IMG/VR virus record: IMGVR_UViG_3300049171_000040
Coordinates: 1-64,000 of that record
From: a virus
Strand: one strand, 5' to 3'
DNA: 64,000 nt
Shown here piece after piece: positions 20,642 through 28,660 of the stretch (within the stretch, counting starts at the first letter, position 1; each line of letters begins with the position of its first letter). A program made the position numbers and the translations under genes. The notes below the pieces were generated by a model that saw only the letters and a list, made by a program, of their open reading frames with translations, did no database searches and had not been told where the DNA came from.

Positions 20642-20766
20642 ATCGTGCCGTCCGCCGGCGCTTACACGGCACCTCACATGCCGCGCGTAAGGAGACACGC
20701 TGGCGGGCGGCATCCCTACGTCCCGTCCTTCGGCGCGGAGGGCGGGACCTCAACCATGGAGGACAA

Positions 20767-21198
20767 ATGCGTTTGCTCTTCCGCTACCGCATGCTCAGAC
20801 ATCGGATCGGCAGACGTGGAGTGTTCCTCCTCGCCCTGGCGTTAATGGATCTCGCCAACGCCGCGCGCATGCTGTGGCCGCCGCCCGATGCGCTGGTCTC
20901 GCCCATCAACCAGTTCTTGGCGTTCCTCGCGCCGCTCCCGGTGTGGGGGGTGCTGTGGGGAGCCGTCGGCTTGCTGTGCGCCGTGCAGGCGTTCATGGTC
21001 AGCGACCGTGCCGCGTTCGCCGCGGCGTCGGCGCTGAAGGTCGGGTGGGCCATCCTCCACGCCGGAGCGTGGGTGGCCGGCGTGGAGAACGCGTGGTGGT
21101 CCGTCGCGGTGTGGCTCACGTTCGCCGGGGTGGTTCATGTGATCGCTACCTGGCCTGAGGTTCCGCCAATGATTCACGTTGAGGATGGTGACGCTTGA
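20767..21198 (+). CDS. multi-pass membrane protein (lysis region)
   Basis: RBS GGAGG, GRRG.FL motif, about 4 hydrophobic segments. Confidence 0.65.
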   Translation: MRLLFRYRMLRHRIGRRGVFLLALALMDLANAARMLWPPPDALVSPINQFLAFLAPLPVWGVLWGAVGLLCAVQAFMVSDRAAFAAASALKVGWAILHAGAWVAGVENAWWSVAVWLTFAGVVHVIATWPEVPPMIHVEDGDA

Positions 21199-21677
21199 TC
21201 GACACTGTGGTGATGCTGGTCCAGCCGTCGGGGTGGACGCCGAGCAACACGGTGGCGATAGCGGTCGCGATCGTGGCGCTGATCGGCACCACCGTGACAG
21301 GCGTCATCGCAGGCCGGGCGTCAGTGAAAGCCGGGCGGATGAAACTCGACTACGACGAGCGGGCCGCCGACCGGACCGCAGACCTTGAACGGCGACGCCT
21401 GCAGGACGAGACGATCCTCCGCCTCCGTGAGCACCTCGAAGGGATCATCGCCCGCCTGACCGACGAAGTGAACGTAGCCCGTGCTGAAACGGCGCGGCTG
21501 CGGGAGCAGGTCAACGTTGAGCAGGGCGTCTCCGACGCGCTCCGGGCGCGGGTCAGGGATCTTGAGGACCGCATCCACGAGATGAGCCAGGCCATCTCCA
21601 AACTCCGTAGCCAACTGATCGCGGAAGACGCGGACGCCATCTTAGGCATCCCCGCGTCGGAGGAGAGGGAGCTGTGA
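21195..21677 (+). CDS. membrane-anchored coiled-coil protein (lysis region)
   Basis: N-terminal TM followed by a long coiled coil; overlaps the endolysin start. Confidence 0.65.
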   Translation: MIDTVVMLVQPSGWTPSNTVAIAVAIVALIGTTVTGVIAGRASVKAGRMKLDYDERAADRTADLERRRLQDETILRLREHLEGIIARLTDEVNVARAETARLREQVNVEQGVSDALRARVRDLEDRIHEMSQAISKLRSQLIAEDADAILGIPASEEREL

Positions 21678-22438
21678 ACCTTGTCGAACGCTCCGAGTGG
21701 AAGGCGCGAGCCCCGCGTGGCGTGACCCGCCTCGGTAGTGCCAGGGGCGTGAAGGTCCATTACACCGGAGGCCGCGTAGACCCTCGACTGGCCGAAGAGC
21801 ACGACCGGTGCGACGACGCCGTACGCGGTGTCCAGAACGGCCACATGGACGGCAACAGCTGGGTGGACATCGGCTACTCCATGGTCGTCTGCCCGCACCG
21901 CTACGTGTACGTCGGGCGCGGTCCGAAGGTCCTGCCGTCCGCGAACGGGCCGGGCCTCAATGCCGGCCACTATGCCGTGCTCGGCCTCGTCGGCTCGTCC
22001 GGCCTGATCGAGCCGTCCGACGACATGCTGCACGGCATCCGCGACGCCATCGACTACCTGCGAGACAAGGGCAACGCGGGCGACGAGATCAAATGCCACA
22101 AGGACGGCTACGCCACCAGCTGCCCAGGGGCGGCGCTGACCGCGTGGGTCCGCCGGGGCGCTCCCAGACCTGATGGCTCGCCGGCCAACGCCACCTCGTG
22201 GACGGAGACCCTCGTGAAGGACTTGCCTGACATCCGGCCTGGGATGACGCACACCCACGTAAAGACGGTGCGAGCCCTCCTGCATGCCCGTGGCTACGCG
22301 CCGAAGGACTTGTTCTCCCACACCTATGGCGAGGACGACGAGGAACTGAGGGGGCGGATCGACGCCTTCAAGAAGGCCAAGGGCCTCGCTCAGGACGGCA
22401 TCTTCGGCGAGGGCTGCTGGAAGGCCGCGCTCGACTGA
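21674..22438 (+). CDS. endolysin, N-acetylmuramoyl-L-alanine amidase (Amidase_2) with C-terminal PG-binding domain
   Basis: Zn ligands VHYT, WVDIGY, H..G..TSCPG; C-terminal FKKAKGLAQDGIFG..W. Confidence 0.9.
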   Translation: MNLVERSEWKARAPRGVTRLGSARGVKVHYTGGRVDPRLAEEHDRCDDAVRGVQNGHMDGNSWVDIGYSMVVCPHRYVYVGRGPKVLPSANGPGLNAGHYAVLGLVGSSGLIEPSDDMLHGIRDAIDYLRDKGNAGDEIKCHKDGYATSCPGAALTAWVRRGAPRPDGSPANATSWTETLVKDLPDIRPGMTHTHVKTVRALLHARGYAPKDLFSHTYGEDDEELRGRIDAFKKAKGLAQDGIFGEGCWKAALD

Positions 22439-22543
22439 GCCCTCAGGAGCAACTGATCCCACTGAGAGCCGTGCAGACCGCGCGGCTCTCAGTGCTTTCC
22501 AAGACCTCCCGCCGCCGTGGCGGGCCAACCCCTCGGAGGGGAA

Positions 22544-22918
22544 ATGAAGATCTTCGGCCGTAACCCGATCGTATGGCTGGGTGCCATACAGGCGGCGCTG
22601 GCTGTGCTCGTCACCCTGCCTGCGCTTGGCATCACCTCGGAGGTCGCATCGTGGGTGATGGTCGCTGTGTCTGGAGGGTTCGCCGCAGCCGAGGCCATCA
22701 TGGCCCGCCCCTTCGTCATCGCGGCGCTTGCCGGCGCGGTGAGGACGGTCCTGTCGGCGCTGGTGTTCTTCGGTCTGCCGCTGAGCGAGGAGACCTCTGG
22801 CGCGTTGATCGCTGCGTTCTCTCTCATCCTGGGCCTGGTTCTGGCGAACTCCGTGACCCCGACCGCTGACCCGGACCCGAACTTCCTGCGAACGAACGGC
22901 ATCCGGGCTGTCCACTAG
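22544..22918 (+). CDS. holin
   Basis: MKIFGRNP start, 4 TM segments and VTP C-terminus, directly after the endolysin. Confidence 0.75.
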   Translation: MKIFGRNPIVWLGAIQAALAVLVTLPALGITSEVASWVMVAVSGGFAAAEAIMARPFVIAALAGAVRTVLSALVFFGLPLSEETSGALIAAFSLILGLVLANSVTPTADPDPNFLRTNGIRAVH

Positions 22919-22927
22919 CCTGACCGT

Positions 22928-23116
22928 GGCGCTTAGGGGAGACCCGAACGTCAACGTCCTAGGTCGCCTCGTTGCGGCCTAGAGCCCGGTGAGAGGGTCA
23001 GGGATCCTCAACACCCGGAACGGCATGTCAGGTAGATCTCTGTCCAGCGGTTCGCTGATGCGCAGCAGGCGAGCCTGACGGCGGGATCCCCTGCGGGGAA
23101 GCGCGCCTGACATGCC
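22928..23116 (+). ncRNA. candidate structured non-coding RNA (unclassified)
   Basis: Four consecutive stems, including GGG-GAGA-CCC, CTAGGTCGC/GCGGCCTAG and a perfect 11-bp GGCATGTCAGG/CCTGACATGCC closing a multibranch domain; no credible ORF. Confidence 0.45.
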
Positions 23117-23125
23117 CTGCGCAAC

Positions 23126-23197
23126 ACCTTCATAGCTCAGTGATAGAGCGTCCGGCTACGAACCGGAAGGCCCCAGGTTCGAATCCTGGTGAGGGTA
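23126..23197 (+). tRNA. tRNA-Arg (ACG)
   Basis: Acceptor ACCTTCA/TGAGGGT, D arm GCTC..GAGC, anticodon arm TCCGG-CTACGAA-CCGGA, T arm CCAGG-TTCGAAT-CCTGG; no encoded CCA. Confidence 0.92.
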
Positions 23198-23364
23198 CGC
23201 CTCGGTGGTGATCGTCCGTGCCGCTACCTGGACGCGTGGCCGTCTGTGGGCTAGGCAGGTAGGAAACGGTGGATCCTTGGGGTCGCTCTCCTGTAGTGCC
23301 GTCACGGGCCAACGGAGAGTGGCCCCTCGCTACTCTTGAGACGTACGGGGTCGAGTCGCCCGCC

Positions 23365-23390
23365 GGGGCCGCTCGGCCCCTTTTTCTTTC
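23365..23390 (+). terminator. intrinsic terminator ending the late/tRNA transcript
   Basis: GGGGCCG CT CGGCCCC followed by TTTTTCTTT. Confidence 0.75.
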
Positions 23391-23440
23391 TGCCAACCTG
23401 GCAGCAACTGGCAGTTGCTTGCACACGGGAGGATGGGCGC

Positions 23441-23680
23441 ATGCAGAACTCGACGTGGCTGTGCCGCCCTTGCGACGTCACGGCCAGGAGCGCGTACTAC
23501 GGCCCTCCTCTGTGCTCCAGGTGCGGCGGCGGGATGGAATGCATGGGGCGCAACTGGGCTCCCGGAAGGCGCGGATCGCGGTCCCGGATGTGGGACAAGC
23601 GGCGTGCCCGGCGAGCTGCGCAGGCGAGCGCTCCGGCTTGGCGTCCACGGTCGCCGTACTCGGGCAGGCCGACGTTCTGA
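23441..23680 (+). CDS. small zinc-ribbon protein
   Basis: CRPC...CSRC, Arg-rich tail; ATG lies 6 nt after GAGGAT. Confidence 0.5.
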   Translation: MQNSTWLCRPCDVTARSAYYGPPLCSRCGGGMECMGRNWAPGRRGSRSRMWDKRRARRAAQASAPAWRPRSPYSGRPTF

Positions 23681-23693
23681 TGGGGGCCTGGTG

Positions 23694-23968
23694 ATGTGTC
23701 GTATCCATGGCCCCGGCTGCTCTACGCCGTGGGGCTACGACCGCGACCACACCGACTCTGACCGGCCGTACACGCTGGACGAGTTGGCCATACGGCAGTC
23801 CGTCCCGCACTTCTACGCGTACCCGACGTCGGAGGACTACCTGGAGGGTGGCATCTGTGGCGGGCGCTCCGAAGAGACGACCGGCTCACCGCCGCTGAGG
23901 CGGACGTGAGGTTCGCGGCGTTCGTCGAGGCTCGCGGATACGGCGATCTCTTCACCAACGCCGCGTGA
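23694..23968 (+). pseudogene. small gene apparently frameshifted at GAGGG (about 23846)
   Basis: Frame 1 reads MCRIHG...EDYLEG; a protein-like continuation WHLWRALRRDDRLTAAEADVRFAAFVEARGYGDLFTNAA* lies in the -1 frame with no start of its own. Confidence 0.4.
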
Positions 23969-24048
23969 CGCTATCTGGCGCGTGGCTTGCTGGCCTGCGC
24001 TGAGATCCACCGTCAGCCTGTGATGATCTGACCGATACGGAGGCGTAC

Positions 24049-24204
24049 GTGGCTCGGATGCTAGGCCGCAAGATCTGGGATCGCGTCTACTGCCGATGCT
24101 GCAACGGACCTCGCACAGTCCGGGTGGAGCGCCGCCGCGAGAAGCGGGAGTGGGAGCGCGAGGCGGCCGGCTTGATACGTGCTCGCACCACCGAATCGAA
24201 CTGA
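24049..24204 (+). CDS. small Cys/Arg-rich hypothetical protein (51 aa)
   Basis: GGAGG RBS, then MARMLGRKIWDRVYCRCCNGPRTVRVERRREKREW; below the ORF-track cutoff. Confidence 0.5.
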   Translation: MARMLGRKIWDRVYCRCCNGPRTVRVERRREKREWEREAAGLIRARTTESN

Positions 24205-24237
24205 TCAACCCTGTCTCCCTCCCCGGGGAGAACGAGA

Positions 24238-24270
24238 ACGGCCCCGTCCTCCTCGTGAGGGCGGGGCCGC
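24238..24270. terminator. hairpin between convergent genes
   Basis: CGGCCCCGTCCTC...GAGGGCGGGGCCG. Confidence 0.65.
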
Positions 24271-24286
24271 ATTCGCATGTCCGGGG

Positions 24287-24748
24287 TCAGCAGTTCTTGT
24301 AGTCGTACCGAGTCGAGTCGTAGGAGCACGAGTCGATCAGCTTGCCGGTGGTGGTGCGCAGGTAGGCGGTGTCGGTGTCGTTGTTCCAGACGTACGCCGC
24401 TCGCCCCCAGTAGCGGGTCGACGTGCCGCTCTTGCCCTGCCCGGTCCGGACCGTCATCGTCTTGCCCGCGTTGATGACCATCCCGGCAGGGAAGGCGTAC
24501 TTGTAGCCGGTCTTGTCGCGGACGTACCAGCCGCCGATCTTCACGGTGGAGCGGGTGACGTTCTTGAGGATCACGTACTCCGCGTTGAGGCTGCTGTTGG
24601 AGCGGCGATCGGTGCCGGGGCTGTCGTAGTACACCTTCGTGAACTGGATGGCCGGAGCGGCGGCAGCCTGAGCAGGAACGGCAGCGAGCGGGATGGCGAC
24701 GGCGGCAGCGGCGACACCGAGGGCGATACGAGAGAGACGCACGGACAC
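24287..24748 (-). CDS. secreted lamin-tail-domain (LTD) protein
   Basis: Signal peptide, then VYYDSPG.D, LNAEYV.LKN and YVWNNDTDTAYL motifs. Confidence 0.85.
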   Translation of the reverse strand: MSVRLSRIALGVAAAAVAIPLAAVPAQAAAAPAIQFTKVYYDSPGTDRRSNSSLNAEYVILKNVTRSTVKIGGWYVRDKTGYKYAFPAGMVINAGKTMTVRTGQGKSGTSTRYWGRAAYVWNNDTDTAYLRTTTGKLIDSCSYDSTRYDYKNC

Positions 24749-24846
24749 TCCTGGTGTAGAGGGCTTTGCGGAGAGTTAGACGCTGGACCGTGCCAACCCG
24801 TTGACGTCCAATACCGGACACGTAGGCGTTCCAGCCGAGAAGCGAA

Positions 24847-24873
24847 CGGCCCCGCCCCTCTTGGGCGGGGCCG
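24847..24873. terminator. hairpin terminator
   Basis: CGGCCCCGCCC CTCTT GGGCGGGGCCG. Confidence 0.6.
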
Positions 24874-24891
24874 CTCTTCGCGTGTCCGGGG

Positions 24892-25236
24892 TCAGATCCG
24901 CCACTCCTCCCGGTAGTGCTCATGGCTGGCATACGGCATGGCAAGCAGGCGGAGCGTGTCGCACGGCATGTCTTCCATGTCTCGTTCGCACACGCTCTCG
25001 CGCCGCTTTGGCGCTGAGACGTTGACGGAGTGCAGTGCCACGATCAGCCGCTTGGCCTCGACGTCGGCGAGCAGTTCAGTGCCCGTGATCTCGTAGGGCA
25101 TGAAGTCGCGGGTGGCCTCCGCTTCACGGGTAGGGGCCGGGAACGATGCCCTGCCGAAGCGTGTTTGTCGGAGCGCGTTGGCCCGATCCTCCGCTTCGTC
25201 AAGGCGCGAATTCAGGAACAAGATCAGGTCATCCAC
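24892..25236 (-). CDS. DUF6221-like hypothetical protein
   Basis: FL..RLDE.E, LADVEAKR.IV and PC.TLRLLA.PYA.H..Y.EEW motifs. Confidence 0.7.
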   Translation of the reverse strand: MDDLILFLNSRLDEAEDRANALRQTRFGRASFPAPTREAEATRDFMPYEITGTELLADVEAKRLIVALHSVNVSAPKRRESVCERDMEDMPCDTLRLLAMPYASHEHYREEWRI

Positions 25237-25561
25237 TGCTGCTCTCCTGCCTCCTGGCGAAGTAGGCGCGGGTGCTCTTCCCTGCCGGGAGGCGGGATTC
25301 GGCGCGCTTCACGGCCACCTCCGCCACCCTCACGCCTTCCTTCGCCTTGGCCACAGCGGCCTTCGGTCCCTCCGTGTCGGTCTTGTTGAGGTGGGCGAGC
25401 GCCAGCGTGGAGTACGCCGTCGCGAGGATGCTGCTGGCCGACGCCGACTTGTACTGGGCTGTCGTCACCGCAGCGAACCGGCCCGATACCCAGACGCTGC
25501 GAATGGTCACGCAGGTGATGATGCCGAACATTACGACGACGACCCACGAGGCGGCGCTCAC
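25229..25561 (-). CDS. membrane-anchored hypothetical protein
   Basis: N-terminal TM; overlaps both neighbours. Confidence 0.5.
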   Translation of the reverse strand: MSAASWVVVVMFGIITCVTIRSVWVSGRFAAVTTAQYKSASASSILATAYSTLALAHLNKTDTEGPKAAVAKAKEGVRVAEVAVKRAESRLPAGKSTRAYFARRQESSSG

Positions 25562-26145
25562 GCCGCGCCCTTGGCGAAGATCGTCACGTTCGCGGTGTAG
25601 TGGCCTGACCGCTTGTCGAACGCCCCGCCGCAGGTGATGAGCCGCAACGCCGGGCCGTTGGTCTTCCCCCAGATCTCCTTGGCGGGGAGCGCCGTTTTGG
25701 CGGTCTGCTTGGACCGCTCAACGACGAACGTGTGCGCCTCGCCGCGCTTGTCGGTGACGGTCACCTCGTCGCCGCGCTTCAGCTCGTCCAGCTTGGCGAA
25801 CACGTCGGGTCCGGTCTTGCTGTCCACGTGCGCCGCGATCACGGACGGGCCGACCGCGCCGGGCTTGGGCCCTTCGGTGTACCAGCCCGCCTTCCCGAAC
25901 GCCGGGACTTCCATCGCGCCGTTGCGCTCCAGCCCGAGCGGGACGAGCCGGGCATCCACATCGATCGCGGGGATTTCGATACGCGCCGGATCGGCTACGG
26001 CTACCCGCTTGGCCACCTTGGGGGCTGGTGTGGCCTCAGACGCCACAGACGGGGCCGGGGCACCAGCGGGAGGGGCAGGGTCACCACCGCAGCCCGTGAG
26101 GACCACGGCGGCTAAGGCGAGAGAGACGACGGGGACGTAACGCAT
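25558..26145 (-). CDS. class F sortase (lipoprotein-type N-terminus)
   Basis: Lipobox VLTGC; P.RIEIPAI.V, AGWY..GP.PG, AAHVD (His) and LRLITCGG.FD...GHY..N (Cys). Confidence 0.92.
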   Translation of the reverse strand: MRYVPVVSLALAAVVLTGCGGDPAPPAGAPAPSVASEATPAPKVAKRVAVADPARIEIPAIDVDARLVPLGLERNGAMEVPAFGKAGWYTEGPKPGAVGPSVIAAHVDSKTGPDVFAKLDELKRGDEVTVTDKRGEAHTFVVERSKQTAKTALPAKEIWGKTNGPALRLITCGGAFDKRSGHYTANVTIFAKGAA

Positions 26146-26176
26146 GGATCCTCCAGGGGGTACGCACGTACGGGAA

Positions 26177-26210
26177 AGGCCGGGCGGTGCCTCCGAGGAC
26201 CGCCCGGCCT
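26177..26210. terminator. hairpin between the surface-protein and sortase genes
   Basis: AGGCCGGGCGGT...ACCGCCCGGCCT. Confidence 0.5.
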
Positions 26211-26218
26211 GAGGGGTG

Positions 26219-27487
26219 TTAGGCGGTGCCGCCGAGTCCGGTGTCGATCCTGGTCGGGGTTCTGACGCCGTTGACGACGATCCCGTCCCGGCCGTCCTGA
26301 CCGTCCTCGCCATCCTCGCCGTCCTCACCCTGCGGGCCAGGGCAGACGGCCGGCGGGTCGTTCACTACGAAGGTCCACTCGGCCTTCGCGCCGTCCTTGA
26401 GGACATAGCCCTCAGCGGCTTCCGCCTTCACGGTCACTTCGCCGGGCTGCACGGTGTACCGGTCCTGCAGCACCTCACCGGAGGCCGACTTGTAGATGAC
26501 GCCCTTGACGTCCGGGATGGTGATCCGCGAGATGCCCTCGGTGGCGCAGGTGGCCTGCTCCAGGGTGGGCTCAACAGGAGTGACCTCAACGATGGTCGGC
26601 GTGACAGTCGGCTCCACAGTCGGAGTCGGCGACGGGCTCACCGTAGGAGTCGGGGTCGGGGTGGGGCACGCCGCCGGCGCGTTGACCGTCAGCGTCCACG
26701 AGGTCCGCCCGTACAGCCGGTAGCCGTCCTTGGCCTTGGCTACGACCTTGTACGTGCCGGGCCACACCGCGTGGGCGCCGGACTTCGTGGTGCGGAACCG
26801 CTTGCCGTACGCCACGTATGTGACGCCGCGATCGGACGGGATCGTCAGCCGGCCTCGGGTCTCGCCACAGTCCGGGCTGGTCACAGTCGGGGCGTCCGCG
26901 GTGACCTTGACTGAGCACCGCTTGCCGGTGATGTCGCCGGAGCTTCCACCGCTGCCGTCCGTCCGGCGCTCGGCGCAAGTCCGGTAGGACCAGCTCCACG
27001 CGCCCGCCGCGACCTGAGCGTCCTTGCCGAAGTACAGCGCAGGCCAGTTGCTCGTCGGCTGCGGCATCCCACTGCAGTCGCCGCGGTTCGGGACGGCAGG
27101 GTTGCAGCGGAAGTTGTACGCCTGTCGCACGAGAGCGCGGGTCGGCGCCGTCTTCGAGGTGACGACGAATTGGAAGGTGCCGTAGAACGAGCCGGGCTCC
27201 GCTCGCGTGATCGGCACGCCAGCACCCGGCGAACGCGTCCCGGGCATGGTCCGGAACGAGCCGGAGTCCTTCAGCAGGACGTTCCAGGTGTCTTCCGTTG
27301 ACCCCTTGGAGATGTGGGCGGTGCGGTTGTAGTCCAGGCGGGACCAGTAGCCGTGACCGCCGTTGTCGAGGTTCCCGCTGATGGCGACGGTGTGGGAGAG
27401 CCCCGTAGACGCGCTGGCCGTGCCGACCGCCAGGCCGGTCAGTGCCAGCCCGAGCGCGGCGCCTAACGCCGCGATCCTGCTGATCAT
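26219..27487 (-). CDS. secreted surface protein, putative sortase F substrate
   Basis: Signal peptide, two repeated beta-rich domains around a PT linker, short Gly-X-Y run, C-terminus PTRIDTGLGGTA. Confidence 0.75.
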   Translation of the reverse strand: MISRIAALGAALGLALTGLAVGTASASTGLSHTVAISGNLDNGGHGYWSRLDYNRTAHISKGSTEDTWNVLLKDSGSFRTMPGTRSPGAGVPITRAEPGSFYGTFQFVVTSKTAPTRALVRQAYNFRCNPAVPNRGDCSGMPQPTSNWPALYFGKDAQVAAGAWSWSYRTCAERRTDGSGGSSGDITGKRCSVKVTADAPTVTSPDCGETRGRLTIPSDRGVTYVAYGKRFRTTKSGAHAVWPGTYKVVAKAKDGYRLYGRTSWTLTVNAPAACPTPTPTPTVSPSPTPTVEPTVTPTIVEVTPVEPTLEQATCATEGISRITIPDVKGVIYKSASGEVLQDRYTVQPGEVTVKAEAAEGYVLKDGAKAEWTFVVNDPPAVCPGPQGEDGEDGEDGQDGRDGIVVNGVRTPTRIDTGLGGTA

Positions 27488-27672
27488 TCATCCCTCCAGG
27501 GGATCTTGCCGGACCCCGGTGGGACCGGTCATGGCGCGGCAGAGACGACACCTCTCGGGGCGGCGCACTGCCAGCCGCGGCCATTGTCCCATCTGGAGCA
27601 AATCGGCTACGAGTTTCGCCGTTTTGTACAAACAGCGGAGTAGGCTCGGGTTGTCCAGGTCCGCGGGAACAC

Positions 27673-27708
27673 AGCAGCCCGCCACCTCTTCGTGAGGTGG
27701 CGGGCTGT
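27673..27708. terminator. hairpin terminator
   Basis: CAGCCCGCCACCTC...GAGGTGGCGGGCTG. Confidence 0.65.
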
Positions 27709-27729
27709 CGTCGTGTGCGCGCCTAGGAG

Positions 27730-28200
27730 TTACTCGGTGGCGCGAGAAACGATCTGGGAGACGCGCTGGTGAGACAGCCCAATGGCGCTGCCGATGTCGC
27801 GGGTCGTCCAGCCCTGGCCGGTGAGCAGGCCGGCGGCGTGGCGGACCGCGTCGCGTTCGGCCTGCTCGGCGAGGATGCGCGCCGAGCGCGTCTCACTGAC
27901 GGCGAGGAGAGCGGTTGCCGCTCTCTGGTCGGCGGGGGTGAGGTGGAAGCCGATGGTGGTGCCGTGGGGGACGGGGTCGACTAGTTCGAGGACGGCGTCC
28001 AGGCCGTTGTGCGCGACCTCTCTCCAGGTCCCGCCCCGGACTTCGAGGGCTTGACCGTCTGGGAGGTCGTGGACGGTGGCGGTCCAGTACTTGCCGTTGC
28101 GGACGGCGGTCGCGCGATAGATCGTCGCCTCGGTGGAGGCCGGTTCGGTGTCGTCGAGGAGGTCGGGCCGGTCGAAAATTGATTCGGTGTACGAGGTCAT
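27730..28200 (-). CDS. HicB-like antitoxin / HTH protein
   Basis: Y.ATA.R.GKYW.A.V.DLP N-domain and C-terminal G.TTRDIG..IGLSHQRVSQI HTH. Confidence 0.65.
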   Translation of the reverse strand: MTSYTESIFDRPDLLDDTEPASTEATIYRATAVRNGKYWTATVHDLPDGQALEVRGGTWREVAHNGLDAVLELVDPVPHGTTIGFHLTPADQRAATALLAVSETRSARILAEQAERDAVRHAAGLLTGQGWTTRDIGSAIGLSHQRVSQIVSRATE

Positions 28201-28660
28201 GGCCGGGAGCCTATGAGGGGCGACAGGCTTACGTCTAGCGAACTAGCCAAAACGTCTAGACGGATTGCCAATTGCGGGATGACGACGTGATGCCCCGCCC
28301 GATCGCCAGGCGGGGCACCCCCTCACCGGCTAAAACGCCGGGCCGGTCGGCACGATGCTGCCAACGCATCGCGCACCGGTCGCGTCCCTGTGCTCGACCT
28401 TCGAGCCCACAGGCTTCCTGAACGTCGCCATGCAGATCTGGCACTGACTCTCCGGCATGTTCGGATTCGGCATCTTCCCTCGCTTCTGTGTCCTGTGCCC
28501 CAGACGGGCCGGTTGGCTCTAGGAAGCCCCAGTTGAGGAACTCGTGGAAGAGGTGTTTGCATGGTCCGCAACGCGTTTGCGAATGACGCAAAGCCACTGG
28601 TCGACCACCACGCGACGGGTTACCGTGAGGAGGTTCGCTGTCGCAGAGAGTGAGACGCTT

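Noticed and set aside
23022-23116. Y RNA or hammerhead ribozyme
   Set aside because: The terminal stem superficially resembles Y RNA ends but lacks the bulged C, and no Ro60 gene is present. CTGATG/CTGACG are not followed by the A and GAAA of a hammerhead core.
23198-23240. tRNA-associated HDV-like (theta) ribozyme
   Set aside because: GGTGGTG/CGCTACC could form P1, but only 11 nt separate the strands, too few for P2/P3/L3.
26285-26335. 9-bp tandem repeats CCGTCCTCG
   Set aside because: They encode the Gly-X-Y run of the surface protein and are not an independent element.
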